64,000 nt of DNA, taken from the NCBI GenBank assembly GCA_002421685.1, contig DISB01000016.1, positions 378,549-442,548 on the forward strand, given 5' to 3'. The DNA comes from Bacteroidetes bacterium UBA6221. Its GTDB lineage: Bacteria > Bacteroidota > Bacteroidia > Chitinophagales > Chitinophagaceae. How positions within the stretch are numbered: position 1 is the first letter of the stretch; each line of letters begins with the position of its first letter. Positions 45,969-55,973 of this stretch are shown one piece after another. A program made the translations under genes and the position numbers. The notes beneath the pieces were generated by a model. The model was not told the DNA's origin, searched no databases, and was given only the letters and a program-made list of their open reading frames with translations.

Positions 45969-47177
45969 ATGCACCCAAAGGATTTAAAGATAGAGGATTA
46001 TACATACGAACTACCCGATGAGCGCATTGCTAAATATCCATTAGCCGAACGTGATGCATCCAAACTGCTGGTATATAACAAGGGGACGCTTTCAGAAGAC
46101 AGTTACCGCAATATCGCCGAATACATACCTAAGGGCACACTGATGGTCTTCAACCGCACCAAAGTGGTGCAGGCCAGACTGCTGTTTAAAAAAGAGACCG
46201 GTGGCGTTATAGAAGTATTTTGCCTGGAGCCGCATGAGCAATATGGCGATGTACAAACCGCGATGCTGCAAACACACAGTGTATTGTGGAACTGCATAAT
46301 AGGCGGGGCCAGCAAATGGAAACACGGCCTGGTGCTGGAGCAAAAGCACGAAGGATTTACGCTGAAGGCGGCTATAGCCAACCGGGGCGAAGGCTATTTT
46401 ACCATAGAACTGATATGGGACACAGACCTGAGTTTCGCCGAAGTGCTGCACATTGCGGGCAAAGTGCCGTTGCCACCATACCTGCACCGCGATGCAGACC
46501 TAAGCGACGAAGAACGCTATCAGACCATTTATGCCAAAGAAAAAGGAAGCGTAGCGGCACCCACTGCGGGTTTGCATTTTACGGAGCACATTATGGGGAA
46601 TTTACAACAAAGAGGCATTGATACCGCTTTTGTAAACCTGCACGTTGGCGCGGGTACATTCATGCCGGTGAAAGCCGAAACCATGCAGGGCCATACCATG
46701 CATGCCGAATGGATTCATGTAGACGTGGATACAATACAGCAGTTGATAGCACACCTGGACACCGGCATCGTAGCAGTAGGTACTACCACTATGCGCACGC
46801 TGGAAAGCCTGTACTGGATAGGCGCGAAGTTGCTTAACCATATCGTTCCGGATTTTACAGGTTATGCAGTGAACCAGTGGGACCCCTACGAAATAGAGAC
46901 AACCGTAGATACAAAAACCGCCCTGGCTGCCCTGGCCGATTACCTGTTGCAGAACAAACAGTCATCGCTGGTTACCAAAACCCAGGTACTCATCGCTCCC
47001 GGTTATAGCAACCGGGTGGTGAAGGGGCTCGTCACCAACTTTCACCAGCCGCAGAGTACACTGCTGTTATTGGTGGCTTCCATGCTGGGGGATGACTGGC
47101 GCAGACTGTACAATTACGCCTTGCAACATGATTACCGATTCCTCAGTTACGGCGACGGATGCCTGTTGTGGCCGTAA
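45969..47177 (+). CDS. queA: S-adenosylmethionine:tRNA ribosyltransferase-isomerase, 402 aa
   Basis: DYTYELPDERIAKYPLAERDASKLLV...APTAGLHFT...VGTTTMRTLES. Confidence 0.9.
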   Translation: MHPKDLKIEDYTYELPDERIAKYPLAERDASKLLVYNKGTLSEDSYRNIAEYIPKGTLMVFNRTKVVQARLLFKKETGGVIEVFCLEPHEQYGDVQTAMLQTHSVLWNCIIGGASKWKHGLVLEQKHEGFTLKAAIANRGEGYFTIELIWDTDLSFAEVLHIAGKVPLPPYLHRDADLSDEERYQTIYAKEKGSVAAPTAGLHFTEHIMGNLQQRGIDTAFVNLHVGAGTFMPVKAETMQGHTMHAEWIHVDVDTIQQLIAHLDTGIVAVGTTTMRTLESLYWIGAKLLNHIVPDFTGYAVNQWDPYEIETTVDTKTALAALADYLLQNKQSSLVTKTQVLIAPGYSNRVVKGLVTNFHQPQSTLLLLVASMLGDDWRRLYNYALQHDYRFLSYGDGCLLWP

Positions 47178-47275
47178 AATCTCTATGAAAGGTATCATAT
47201 CCTGGAGTTAAGAAATAGTTACATCTCCGCAGTACGTAATGTATTTAGTAGTTTTGCAGGCATTAAACAAAACTT

Positions 47276-48115
47276 GTGACCAATACAGAATTCATAGCCG
47301 CGGCATTAGAAGAAGATATCCGCGAAGGCGACCACTCCACGCTTGCGTGTATAGCACCCGATGCTGCGGGCAAGGCCGTGCTGAAAATAAAAGAGAACGG
47401 TATCATAGCAGGCATCAGGCTGGCACAGGAAATTTTCCATTATCTCGAACCCGGGACAGAGTTTACTTTATACAAAAACGACGGTGACAAGGTAGACAAT
47501 GGTGAAACGGCCTTCGATGTAACCGCCAAAGTACACACCATACTACAGGCAGAACGACTGGCGCTGAACTGTATGCAACGCATGAGTGGCATAGCCACGC
47601 TCACGCACCAGTATGCTGACAGGATAAAAAGTTACGCTACCAAAATATTAGACACACGCAAAACGACGCCGTTGTTCCGTGCATACGAGAAGGAAGCTGT
47701 GCGGATAGGAGGCGGTTATAACCACCGTATGGGCCTCTACGATATGATCATGCTTAAGGATAACCATATTGATTTTTGCGGTGGTATCGAAAAGGCGATC
47801 GATAAGGTAAATGATTACCTCGACTCAACAGGCTACAACCTGAAAATTGAAATTGAAACAAGGACCATCGATGATGTACGCCGCGTGATCGCACATGGGG
47901 GTGTTCATCGCATAATGCTGGACAACTATACTCCCGAACAACTTGAGGAAGCCATTAACCTGATAGACGGTAAATATGAAACCGAGGCGTCAGGAGGGAT
48001 AACATTGGAGACAATCGAGAATTATGCACGTACGGGAGTGGACTTCATTTCGGTAGGCGCTATCATTCACCATGCCGTGAGTATGGACCTCAGCCTCAAA
48101 GCCCAACTGGCATAA
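47276..48115 (+). CDS. nadC: Nicotinate-nucleotide (quinolinate) pyrophosphorylase, 279 aa, GTG start
   Basis: AALEEDIREGDHST...ILQAERLALNCMQRMSGIAT...TRKTTP...MLKDNHI...IMLDN. Confidence 0.88.
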   Translation: MTNTEFIAAALEEDIREGDHSTLACIAPDAAGKAVLKIKENGIIAGIRLAQEIFHYLEPGTEFTLYKNDGDKVDNGETAFDVTAKVHTILQAERLALNCMQRMSGIATLTHQYADRIKSYATKILDTRKTTPLFRAYEKEAVRIGGGYNHRMGLYDMIMLKDNHIDFCGGIEKAIDKVNDYLDSTGYNLKIEIETRTIDDVRRVIAHGGVHRIMLDNYTPEQLEEAINLIDGKYETEASGGITLETIENYARTGVDFISVGAIIHHAVSMDLSLKAQLA

Positions 48116-48987
48116 TGAAGCACCTCGTGTTCATCATCAACCCGAAAAGTGGTGTCGTACGGCAGAAAGCTATCCAGCAGGCCATTGACACAAAACTCGA
48201 CGCGGCACAATTCACTTACGAAATAAAGCATACCGAATACGCCAGGCATGGCACGCAACTGGCTAAGGATGCGGCAGCTAAAGGCGCTTACGCAGTGGTA
48301 GCCGTTGGCGGCGATGGCTCGGTGAATGACATCGTGGCCGGACTAATCGGAACGAATACTGCATTGGCCATTATACCCAAAGGGAGCGGCAACGGTATGG
48401 CACGAACGATGGAGATACCGCTACAAGAGGAAGCTGCCATCGAGGTCATCAACCGTGGAAAAACAGCCATGATGGACATAGGCTACGCCAACGACAGGCC
48501 ATTTATCAGCAATGCGGGCGTGGCTTTCGATGCGCTGATATCCCGGAAATTTGCCAAAAGCCAACGCCGCGGCTTTGCCATGTATAGCTGGCTGGTTACC
48601 CGCTATATGTGGACCTACAAAGAATGGGAATGGGATATTACCATAGACGGCCAACATTTAAAAGAGAAAGCGTTCATCATCAGTATAGCCAGCGGCAAAC
48701 AATTCGGGTACAATTTCCAGATAGCGCCAAACGCCATCTGGAACGATGGCATTTTCGATGTCATCATCATTAAGCGTTTCCCCAAAGTATTGGGTGGCAT
48801 GCTGGTGCTGCGTGCCATGAATGGCACCATCACCGATAGCCCCTTTGTCGACCATTACCGGGCAAAGGAAATAACCATTTACCACCCAAAACTGCGACTG
48901 ATGCAAACCGATGGCGACGCACACGAATGTGCGGATACTGTTCACTTCAGGATAGAGAAAGGGAAGCAGAAAGTAATAGTGCCTTAA
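48115..48987 (+). CDS. Diacylglycerol/lipid kinase family protein (YegS/BmrU-like), 290 aa
   Basis: FIINPKSG...VVAVGGDGSVNDIV...IIPKGSGNG. The ATG overlaps the nadC stop (TAATG). Confidence 0.85.
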   Translation: MKHLVFIINPKSGVVRQKAIQQAIDTKLDAAQFTYEIKHTEYARHGTQLAKDAAAKGAYAVVAVGGDGSVNDIVAGLIGTNTALAIIPKGSGNGMARTMEIPLQEEAAIEVINRGKTAMMDIGYANDRPFISNAGVAFDALISRKFAKSQRRGFAMYSWLVTRYMWTYKEWEWDITIDGQHLKEKAFIISIASGKQFGYNFQIAPNAIWNDGIFDVIIIKRFPKVLGGMLVLRAMNGTITDSPFVDHYRAKEITIYHPKLRLMQTDGDAHECADTVHFRIEKGKQKVIVP

Positions 48988-49000
48988 TTGTTAAAATTGA

Positions 49001-49582
49001 ATGCAAATGAAAGCTGAATATTTTGATGGGCAGACCTTTGAAAATATTGATTTCACCGAAACCTCTTTTGCAAAGGGGGAATACGACCGCTGTACTTTTA
49101 TCAATTGCGCCCTGGCGGGCATAGACCTATCCGGCTGCTTGTTCCTCGATTGCAGTTTTACAAGCTGTAACCTGAGCATGGTTAATCTATCGGATACTGC
49201 GTTTCGCGATGTAGCCTTCAATGGCTGCAAAATGCTTGGGCTGCAATTTAGCCGCTGCAATAAATTTAGTATTATTTTCAGTTTTGACGATTGTAACCTG
49301 ACCCACTCGTCTTTTATTGAGTTAAAGTTGAAAAAAACTTCTTTTAGAAATACTATACTGCATGAAGTTGACTTTACGGCCAGCGACCTCAGCGGGTCGG
49401 CTTTTGACAACTGCGATTTATCGGGGGCAATATTTGACAATACCGACCTGACCCAGTCTGACTTGAGAACGGCGTACGGCTATTCAATAGATCCTGATAT
49501 TAACCGGGTAAAGAATGCTAAAGTCTCTTCAAGCGGGCTTTCCGGTTTTTTAAATAAATATAACCTGGATATAGAACCTTAG
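49001..49582 (+). CDS. Pentapeptide-repeat protein (Qnr/McbG-like size), 193 aa
   Basis: Continuous A(D/N)LXX-type pentads: CTFINCALAGIDLSGCLFLDCSFTSCNLSMVNLSDTAFRDVAFNGCKMLGLQF... Confidence 0.85.
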   Translation: MQMKAEYFDGQTFENIDFTETSFAKGEYDRCTFINCALAGIDLSGCLFLDCSFTSCNLSMVNLSDTAFRDVAFNGCKMLGLQFSRCNKFSIIFSFDDCNLTHSSFIELKLKKTSFRNTILHEVDFTASDLSGSAFDNCDLSGAIFDNTDLTQSDLRTAYGYSIDPDINRVKNAKVSSSGLSGFLNKYNLDIEP

Positions 49583-50436
49583 CGGCTGTGCTTCCAGCGA
49601 TTGTGCGTCCACATCCAGTTTTCAGGCTGTGCCTTTATTTGCTCTTCCATAAAGTGCACGTAAGCCTGCATCATCTCCCCTTTTGCTAAGGTGGTGGCAT
49701 CATCTGTAAATCTTTCCAGCACAATTTCATAATAGCCGCGTCTCAATTTCTTTATACCGGCAAATACAATTGCTGCTTTTGCTTTCCTGGCCAATACTTC
49801 GGGCCCGTTGAAAAAAGGCGCTTCCCTGTTCATAAAGTCATACCATGTCGCTGCTTTCACCACAGGCGGGTTCTGGTCGGCTATAAGGCCCACTATATAC
49901 CTTACGCCTTCCAGTTTCTGAAATCCCCGCTTGGCCTTCATTGATATCTGCCATGCACCACTGCGGCTGCGTATCTTAATTAATAGCTTGTCGGCAGCCT
50001 TATTCTTTTGCGGCATGTACACCCCCGCAAATTGCTGTTGGCAATTGTACTGGCAGGCAACATTCGCCCACTCCCAGTTGAAGGTATGCCCCAGCAGGGC
50101 ATAAGTATTTCTTCCCTCGCTGTAGAGTTGATGAAATACATCCCAGTTACCTCTTATGCGCCTGTTCAGTTCTTCTTTCGACATCGATAACAACTTCAGC
50201 GTTTCTATCCATTGGTCACAAAAGTTGCGGTAGAATTTTTTGCATATAAATTGTATTTCCTGTTCTGTTTTTTTGGGGAAGGCATGGCGAAGATTGTCTG
50301 CCACTAACTGCTTCCTGTACCTGAAGCAATAATACAACAGCAAGTACATCCCGTCGGATATAACATACAGTACCCTCAATGGCAACAATGACAAAGGATA
50401 TAAAATAAAAAGCAGCAGATAGTACATCTGCTGCAA
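49579..50436 (-). CDS. LpxL/HtrB-family lysophospholipid / lipid A acyltransferase, 285 aa
   Basis: N-terminal membrane helix. LGHTFNWEW resembles the HX4D/E acyltransferase motif region. The length is typical. Confidence 0.7.
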   Translation of the reverse strand: MQQMYYLLLFILYPLSLLPLRVLYVISDGMYLLLYYCFRYRKQLVADNLRHAFPKKTEQEIQFICKKFYRNFCDQWIETLKLLSMSKEELNRRIRGNWDVFHQLYSEGRNTYALLGHTFNWEWANVACQYNCQQQFAGVYMPQKNKAADKLLIKIRSRSGAWQISMKAKRGFQKLEGVRYIVGLIADQNPPVVKAATWYDFMNREAPFFNGPEVLARKAKAAIVFAGIKKLRRGYYEIVLERFTDDATTLAKGEMMQAYVHFMEEQIKAQPENWMWTHNRWKHSR

Positions 50437-50463
50437 AAATATTCATTTATCGGCTATTACAGT

Positions 50464-51120
50464 TTAGGTGTGATGCTGCAACTCACCGGTCAGGTCATAT
50501 ATTTCCTGTATCCGCTTCAACATGCCTTCAAAGTCTATTTGCAGGTCTTTCAACACACCCGTATTCAGGTCGAATACCCAGCCATGCACTACCGGGAAGC
50601 GGTTTTCTATATAGCTGCGCTGCACGGCAACAGTCTTAATAACGTTAAAACACTGTTCCTCCACATTCAGCTCTACCAGCCTGTCATATTTCTTATGCTC
50701 ATCGGTTATTGCATTCAGTTCCTCCCTGTGCAAACGATACACATCGCGTATATTCCTCAGCCAGGGATTGAGTATGCCCATGTCTTTGGGCTGCATAGCG
50801 GCCTGTACGCCCCCACACCCATAGTGGCCGCACACTACTACATGCTTTACCTTCAGCACGTTCACCGCGTAGTTGATACAAGACATTACATTAAGATCAA
50901 CATTGTTCACCAGGTTAGCCACATTCCTGTGCACGAACACATCGCCCGGTTCCAGACCCATTATTTCATTGGCCGGCACGCGGCTGTCAGAACATCCTAT
51001 GTAGAAATAGTCAGGCGTCTGGTCCTGCGCCAGTTTCGCAAAGAAATCAGCGTCTTCAGCCAGGTGTTCAGCCACCCATCTTTTATTATGTTCAAAAATT
51101 TCCTCGTAAGTAACTGCCAT
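50464..51120 (-). CDS. can: Beta-class carbonic anhydrase (218 aa from the ATG at 51120)
   Basis: IGCSDSRVPANEIMGLEPGDVFVHRNVANLV and VVCGHYGCGGVQAA are near-identical to the corresponding E. coli Can motifs. Confidence 0.9.
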   Translation of the reverse strand: MAVTYEEIFEHNKRWVAEHLAEDADFFAKLAQDQTPDYFYIGCSDSRVPANEIMGLEPGDVFVHRNVANLVNNVDLNVMSCINYAVNVLKVKHVVVCGHYGCGGVQAAMQPKDMGILNPWLRNIRDVYRLHREELNAITDEHKKYDRLVELNVEEQCFNVIKTVAVQRSYIENRFPVVHGWVFDLNTGVLKDLQIDFEGMLKRIQEIYDLTGELQHHT

Positions 51121-51257
51121 ACGAATTGCATTTGGTTTCGTGCAATAATAAAGATTAATAAAACACAAACCATGAAATAACGGTTATACCCATATAAAGG
51201 TTCGTAAAACCATACATAACTGCTATTTTTACATCCTCAAAAAAATATTAAGGGCTT

Positions 51258-52271
51258 ATGAAACTGGTAACATATGCAAAGCAAGGACTGGAACAACTGG
51301 CGTTGCTGGTAAACGGCGAACTCTATGACACAAGCGTGGTAAGCAACAGGCTCCCCCGCACTATGAGGGAAATGCTGGACAATTGGGAAGAATTTTCTGA
51401 AATAGCACGTGAGGCCGAAGCCGATATCAAAAGCGGAAAGATAAGTGCGGAAGGGTTTGCTTATGACACCGCTGAAATAATGGCGCCTGTGCCGCATCCC
51501 ACATCATGCCGCGACGGATACGCCTTCCGCCAGCACGTAGCCTCCGCCCGGCGCAACCGCAGGGTAGATATGATACCCGAGTTCGACCAATACCCCATCT
51601 TTTACTTCACCAATCATAATGCCATACAGGGCCCCGGCGAAATACGCTGCATGCCCGATCATTTTCAGAAGCTGGACTTTGAACTGGAAGCCTGTATAGT
51701 ATTGGGCAAAAAAGGCAGGAATATCAAAGCAGCGGAGGCGGATAAATACATTGCAGGTTATATGATAATGAACGATATGAGCGCCCGCACCCTGCAGATG
51801 GAAGAAATGCTGCTGAACCTCGGACCAGCCAAAGGCAAGGACTTTAGTACCGTAATAGGCCCTATGCTGGTAACGCCCGATGAACTGGAACCCTATAAGA
51901 TGCCGGCCAAAGAAGGGCATACGGGCAATAGTTATAATTTGAAAATGAAGTGCTGGGTGAATGGCCAACTCCTGAGCGAGGGCAGCATGGGCGATATGGA
52001 CTGGACGTTCGCCGAAATAATCGAGCGTTGCGCCTATGGCGTGGATGTACTGACCGGCGATGTAATAGGCAGCGGCACCGTAGGTACGGGCTGCCTGCTG
52101 GAACTGAACGGAACCGGCCTGCTGAACGACCCCAGCTACAAACCGCAATGGCTGCAGCCTGGGGACGTAGTAGAAATGGAGATAGAAGGACTGGGCAGGC
52201 TGAAGAATACTATAGTAAAAGAGGATACAGACTTCAGCCTCTTTGCATTGAAGAAGCATGTAGCGAAGTAA
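51258..52271 (+). CDS. Fumarylacetoacetate hydrolase (FAH) family protein, 337 aa
   Basis: LDFELEACIVLGK...NDMSARTLQ...GPAKGKDF...GDVIGSGT are FAH-fold metal and substrate motifs. Confidence 0.8.
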   Translation: MKLVTYAKQGLEQLALLVNGELYDTSVVSNRLPRTMREMLDNWEEFSEIAREAEADIKSGKISAEGFAYDTAEIMAPVPHPTSCRDGYAFRQHVASARRNRRVDMIPEFDQYPIFYFTNHNAIQGPGEIRCMPDHFQKLDFELEACIVLGKKGRNIKAAEADKYIAGYMIMNDMSARTLQMEEMLLNLGPAKGKDFSTVIGPMLVTPDELEPYKMPAKEGHTGNSYNLKMKCWVNGQLLSEGSMGDMDWTFAEIIERCAYGVDVLTGDVIGSGTVGTGCLLELNGTGLLNDPSYKPQWLQPGDVVEMEIEGLGRLKNTIVKEDTDFSLFALKKHVAK

Positions 52272-52273
52272 GG

Positions 52274-52669
52274 ATGGCGGTATCTATACAGCAGATAAAA
52301 GAAATAGTAACAAAATTGGCGCGTGAGATAGACGCGCCAATTGAATTTTTACCTGCCATTGGGACAACTCCTTATGATGCCGAGCCACACATAGAAATAC
52401 GCAATGGCGAATTGCATTATGTGGTGGTAGAAAGAGGCAAAGAGATAAGGAGAGATAAAACAACCAAACTTGATGATCTGCTATATCTCATTTTTGAGAC
52501 CATAACTTTTGATATGGCGTGCAGGTATCTGATACGTTTGCGGACTGACACCACAGACCAAAGGCTAATAATATTTTCCAGGCAGGAAGAGCTATTGGGC
52601 ATACTCAGCGAGGAATGGAAAATTAGAGTGCAAAAAGAACACACTGAAAAATTACGTCAATACCCTTGA
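52274..52669 (+). CDS. Hypothetical cytoplasmic protein, 131 aa
   Basis: The ATG lies 2 nt after the FAH stop. The ORF-track entry (51950..52669) begins inside the FAH gene in another frame, so the internal Met (MAVSIQQIKEI...) was chosen. Confidence 0.55.
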   Translation: MAVSIQQIKEIVTKLAREIDAPIEFLPAIGTTPYDAEPHIEIRNGELHYVVVERGKEIRRDKTTKLDDLLYLIFETITFDMACRYLIRLRTDTTDQRLIIFSRQEELLGILSEEWKIRVQKEHTEKLRQYP

Positions 52670-52763
52670 TAGCTATCAAAAGGTCTTGCCCACTTTCCGT
52701 CCATTTATAAAGATAAATTATGTATATTTAATAATATATTCTTTATCTCAAAACCCAAACGAT

Positions 52764-53486
52764 ATGAAAAAGTTACTACCGGCTATCCTTGCCCTCGGCA
52801 CTTTTGTCTCATGCAGTAAAGAGGGAGGCCCTCCCCGCCAGGATGTAAAGCTATGGGTATGCCCTACCTGCGTACAAGTCCCCGAAGCCAGACCCGAACA
52901 TAATTTCAAGAGTTCAGGAGTGTACAAAGGTATATTGGTGGGCCTGGGTGCCAGCGGCGCTATGACCGTAACCTTACACAATACCGGCGCGGAGAAAAAA
53001 GCCTTGATGAAGCTGAACGGCATATCTGCCGAACTCACAACCAATTCATTGTCTTCATGGCAGCCGGGACAGGCAATCGACACCGCCCTTTTTACAGGCA
53101 CCTGGAACGGCCAGCCTGTAGAGATGCGCTTCTCCGTAGATACCAACGGTTTCAACTCCGAGGTTCAGTTCGATATACCCGGGAAAAGCATACTTCCCTT
53201 CATCTTTAAAGAGTCTTCCGATGTGGTAATTGAGAGTTTTGAAGGCGACTATACCGGCGATGCCGAAGGTGTGTTCAACATTGCAACCAATGGCAATGAC
53301 ATCGGAATTATCTTTTCAGGTGTAGACGTACCCATGCTGTCGCGACTGGAGCATGGAAAAATTGACTTTAAAAGCGAGACCGGCATGGTGATCAAAGGCA
53401 ATTTCTATGACGACGAAGCGGGCGGCACCTGGCAAAACCTTGTTACCGGTAAATCAGGTGGATGGAAAGCATTGAGGACCCAGTAG
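52764..53486 (+). CDS. Lipoprotein, unknown function (240 aa from the ATG at 52764)
   Basis: MKKLLPAILALGTFVSCSKEG contains a lipobox. Confidence 0.7.
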   Translation: MKKLLPAILALGTFVSCSKEGGPPRQDVKLWVCPTCVQVPEARPEHNFKSSGVYKGILVGLGASGAMTVTLHNTGAEKKALMKLNGISAELTTNSLSSWQPGQAIDTALFTGTWNGQPVEMRFSVDTNGFNSEVQFDIPGKSILPFIFKESSDVVIESFEGDYTGDAEGVFNIATNGNDIGIIFSGVDVPMLSRLEHGKIDFKSETGMVIKGNFYDDEAGGTWQNLVTGKSGGWKALRTQ

Positions 53487-53587
53487 CTGCGTGCAGACAT
53501 CGCAGTATTGTTGTGTATTTCGTCAAAAATCTGCCGTTGCCGATATTCCGGTGATTGTTTCCTATTTTTGGGGTTTATTGAAGAACT

Positions 53588-54679
53588 ATGGCCGGAACGA
53601 TAGCCCCCAAAGCGGGGATGTTTGAGCAGGAAAAGAAATCGGCGCTGGACGCTATATCACAAGCTCAGTTTATTGCATTTGCTCCTTATATATTCAATGC
53701 ATCGGTGATATTGAGAGATAGCGGCATTTTAGCCGCTGTAGAAAAGTCGCGGCAGGAAGGTATTACTCTGGAAGATGTCACAAAGGGCGTAGATATGTCG
53801 CCCTATGGTGTGCGTATATTGCTGGAGGCCGCATTAGGCATTGGGCTGGTGCTAAGGAGGGATGACAGGTATTACCTGTCCAAAACGGGGCATTTCTTCC
53901 TGAACGATGCCATGACTAAGGTAAACACCGACTTTATGCGCGACGTGTGCTACGAAGGCGCCAAAGAACTGGAGAAATCTATACAGCATGGCAAACCCGA
54001 AGGCTTGAAATATTTGGGCGATTGGCCCACTATCTACCAGGGGTTATCGGTACTACCGGAACCCGCCAAAACAAGCTGGTTCAATTTCGACCATTATTAC
54101 AGCGATCACACCTTTCCCGAGGCTATGCCTATGATATTTGCCCATGAACCCCGAAAAATCATGGACATAGGCGCCAATACGGGCAAATTTTCGCTGCATT
54201 GCCTGAACTACAATAAAGATGTGGAACTTGGCCTGGTGGACCTGGGCATACAACTGAAAGTGGCCGAACAGAATATCAACGATGCCGGTTTTGCCAACCG
54301 TGTGCAATATCATGAACGTAATGTCCTGGATAAAAATTCGGAACTGCCTGCAGGCTACGATATTATCTGGATGAGCCAGTTCCTGGATTGTTTTTCGGAT
54401 GATGAAATTGTGTTCATACTGGAAAAATGCCACCGTGCGCTGAACGAGGGAGGCCGGATATTCATCAACGAACTGTTTTGGGACCGGCAGAAGTTCGAGG
54501 CTTCGGCCTTTGCGCTGCAGATGACCTCCTTATATTTTACCACTATGGCCAATGGCAACAGCCAGATGTACGACAGCAAAGTGTTTCTGCAACTGGTAGA
54601 CAAAGCCGGGTTTGCCATTGAAGAACAAAAAGACAATATAGGCCAGGTACATACCATACTTGAATTGAAAAAGAAATAA
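53588..54679 (+). CDS. Class I SAM-dependent (O-)methyltransferase with an N-terminal winged-helix/dimerisation region, 363 aa
   Basis: IMDIGANTGKFS is SAM motif I. The downstream acidic motifs and overall architecture resemble small-molecule O-methyltransferases. Confidence 0.75.
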   Translation: MAGTIAPKAGMFEQEKKSALDAISQAQFIAFAPYIFNASVILRDSGILAAVEKSRQEGITLEDVTKGVDMSPYGVRILLEAALGIGLVLRRDDRYYLSKTGHFFLNDAMTKVNTDFMRDVCYEGAKELEKSIQHGKPEGLKYLGDWPTIYQGLSVLPEPAKTSWFNFDHYYSDHTFPEAMPMIFAHEPRKIMDIGANTGKFSLHCLNYNKDVELGLVDLGIQLKVAEQNINDAGFANRVQYHERNVLDKNSELPAGYDIIWMSQFLDCFSDDEIVFILEKCHRALNEGGRIFINELFWDRQKFEASAFALQMTSLYFTTMANGNSQMYDSKVFLQLVDKAGFAIEEQKDNIGQVHTILELKKK

Positions 54680-54708
54680 AGCCGTTTTATACTATACATT
54701 ACATACTT

Positions 54709-55956
54709 ATGAGCATTAACAAGGAAGTAGATGTGTTGGTGATTGGCGCAGGCCCTTCAGGAACTATCGCAGCATCTATTATTAAGCAGGCAGGCCTGTC
54801 GGTACAGATAGTCGAGAAAATGCAGTTTCCACGCTTTGTAATTGGCGAAAGCCTGCTGCCGCGCTGTATGGAGGCGCTGGAAGAAGCGAAATTTTTAGAC
54901 GCGGTAAAAGCAAAAGGTTTCCAGCAAAAAGATGGGGCCAAGTTTGTAATGGATGGCAAGGTCTGCGATTTTACCTTCGCCCAGCAGCATACCCAGGGTT
55001 GGGGCTGGACATGGCAGGTGCCCCGTGCAGACTTTGATAAAACACTGGCCGATGAATGCGAAAAAATGGGTATACCCGTACACTATCAGACAGAAGTAAC
55101 GGGCATCGAATTTTTTGACGGCTATTCATTGACCACGATAAAGACGGCAGACGGCGCTACAGAAACAATAAAGGCGAAATTTATAGTAGATGGCAGCGGC
55201 TATGGCAGGGTAATACCACGATTGTTCGGACTGGAAAAAGATTCGAAGCAGGCGCCGCGCAAGACGCTTTTCTGTCACCTGACAGACCCCAAGCGACATA
55301 CTGTGTTCGAGCCAAACCGTATTACGGCAATAGTGTACGACCCCATCACCTGGATATGGGTAATACCCTTCTCCAACGGGTTGACATCTGTAGGCTATGT
55401 GGGCAGTCCTGAATTTTTCGATCAGTTCCCGGGAACTCCGGCAGAACAGTTTCGCGCTTTGCTGAATGCGCAGCCTGACCTCGCAGCCCGGTTTGATGAA
55501 TCGGAAATGGCATGGGAGCCCCGCACCCTGCAAAGCTGGAGCGCGACAACGGAAACTTTCTACGGCGATGGCTTTGTGCTGACAGGGAATGTTACAGAAT
55601 TTCTCGACCCAGTGTTTTCATCAGGAGTAACGCTGGCATCGGTATCTGCTCAAAAAGCGGCCAACCTGGTAATCAAACACCTGGCCGGCGAACAGGTGGA
55701 CTGGGAAGCAGAATATATGCAGCCCATGCAGCAGGGCATAGACGTGTTCCGCACATACGTGGATAAATGGTATGACGGAACCCTGTACAAAATATTCTTC
55801 AGCGAAGAAAAGCAACCAGAGATAATCGGGCAGATATGCTCGGTGCTCGCGGGTTATGTGTGGGATGAGAGCAACCCATATGTAGGCAAAAGAGAAAAGA
55901 ACCTGCCTGTACTGGCACGGTATTTAGAAAACCTGAACAAAGCGACAACATCGTAG
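54709..55956 (+). CDS. FAD-dependent halogenase-like oxidoreductase, 415 aa
   Basis: VLVIGAGPSGTIAA is the GxGxxG motif. WIWVIP, encoded at 55351-55368, matches the WxWxIP signature of flavin-dependent halogenases. Confidence 0.7.
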   Translation: MSINKEVDVLVIGAGPSGTIAASIIKQAGLSVQIVEKMQFPRFVIGESLLPRCMEALEEAKFLDAVKAKGFQQKDGAKFVMDGKVCDFTFAQQHTQGWGWTWQVPRADFDKTLADECEKMGIPVHYQTEVTGIEFFDGYSLTTIKTADGATETIKAKFIVDGSGYGRVIPRLFGLEKDSKQAPRKTLFCHLTDPKRHTVFEPNRITAIVYDPITWIWVIPFSNGLTSVGYVGSPEFFDQFPGTPAEQFRALLNAQPDLAARFDESEMAWEPRTLQSWSATTETFYGDGFVLTGNVTEFLDPVFSSGVTLASVSAQKAANLVIKHLAGEQVDWEAEYMQPMQQGIDVFRTYVDKWYDGTLYKIFFSEEKQPEIIGQICSVLAGYVWDESNPYVGKREKNLPVLARYLENLNKATTS

Positions 55957-55973
55957 AGGTAAAATATACTGGC

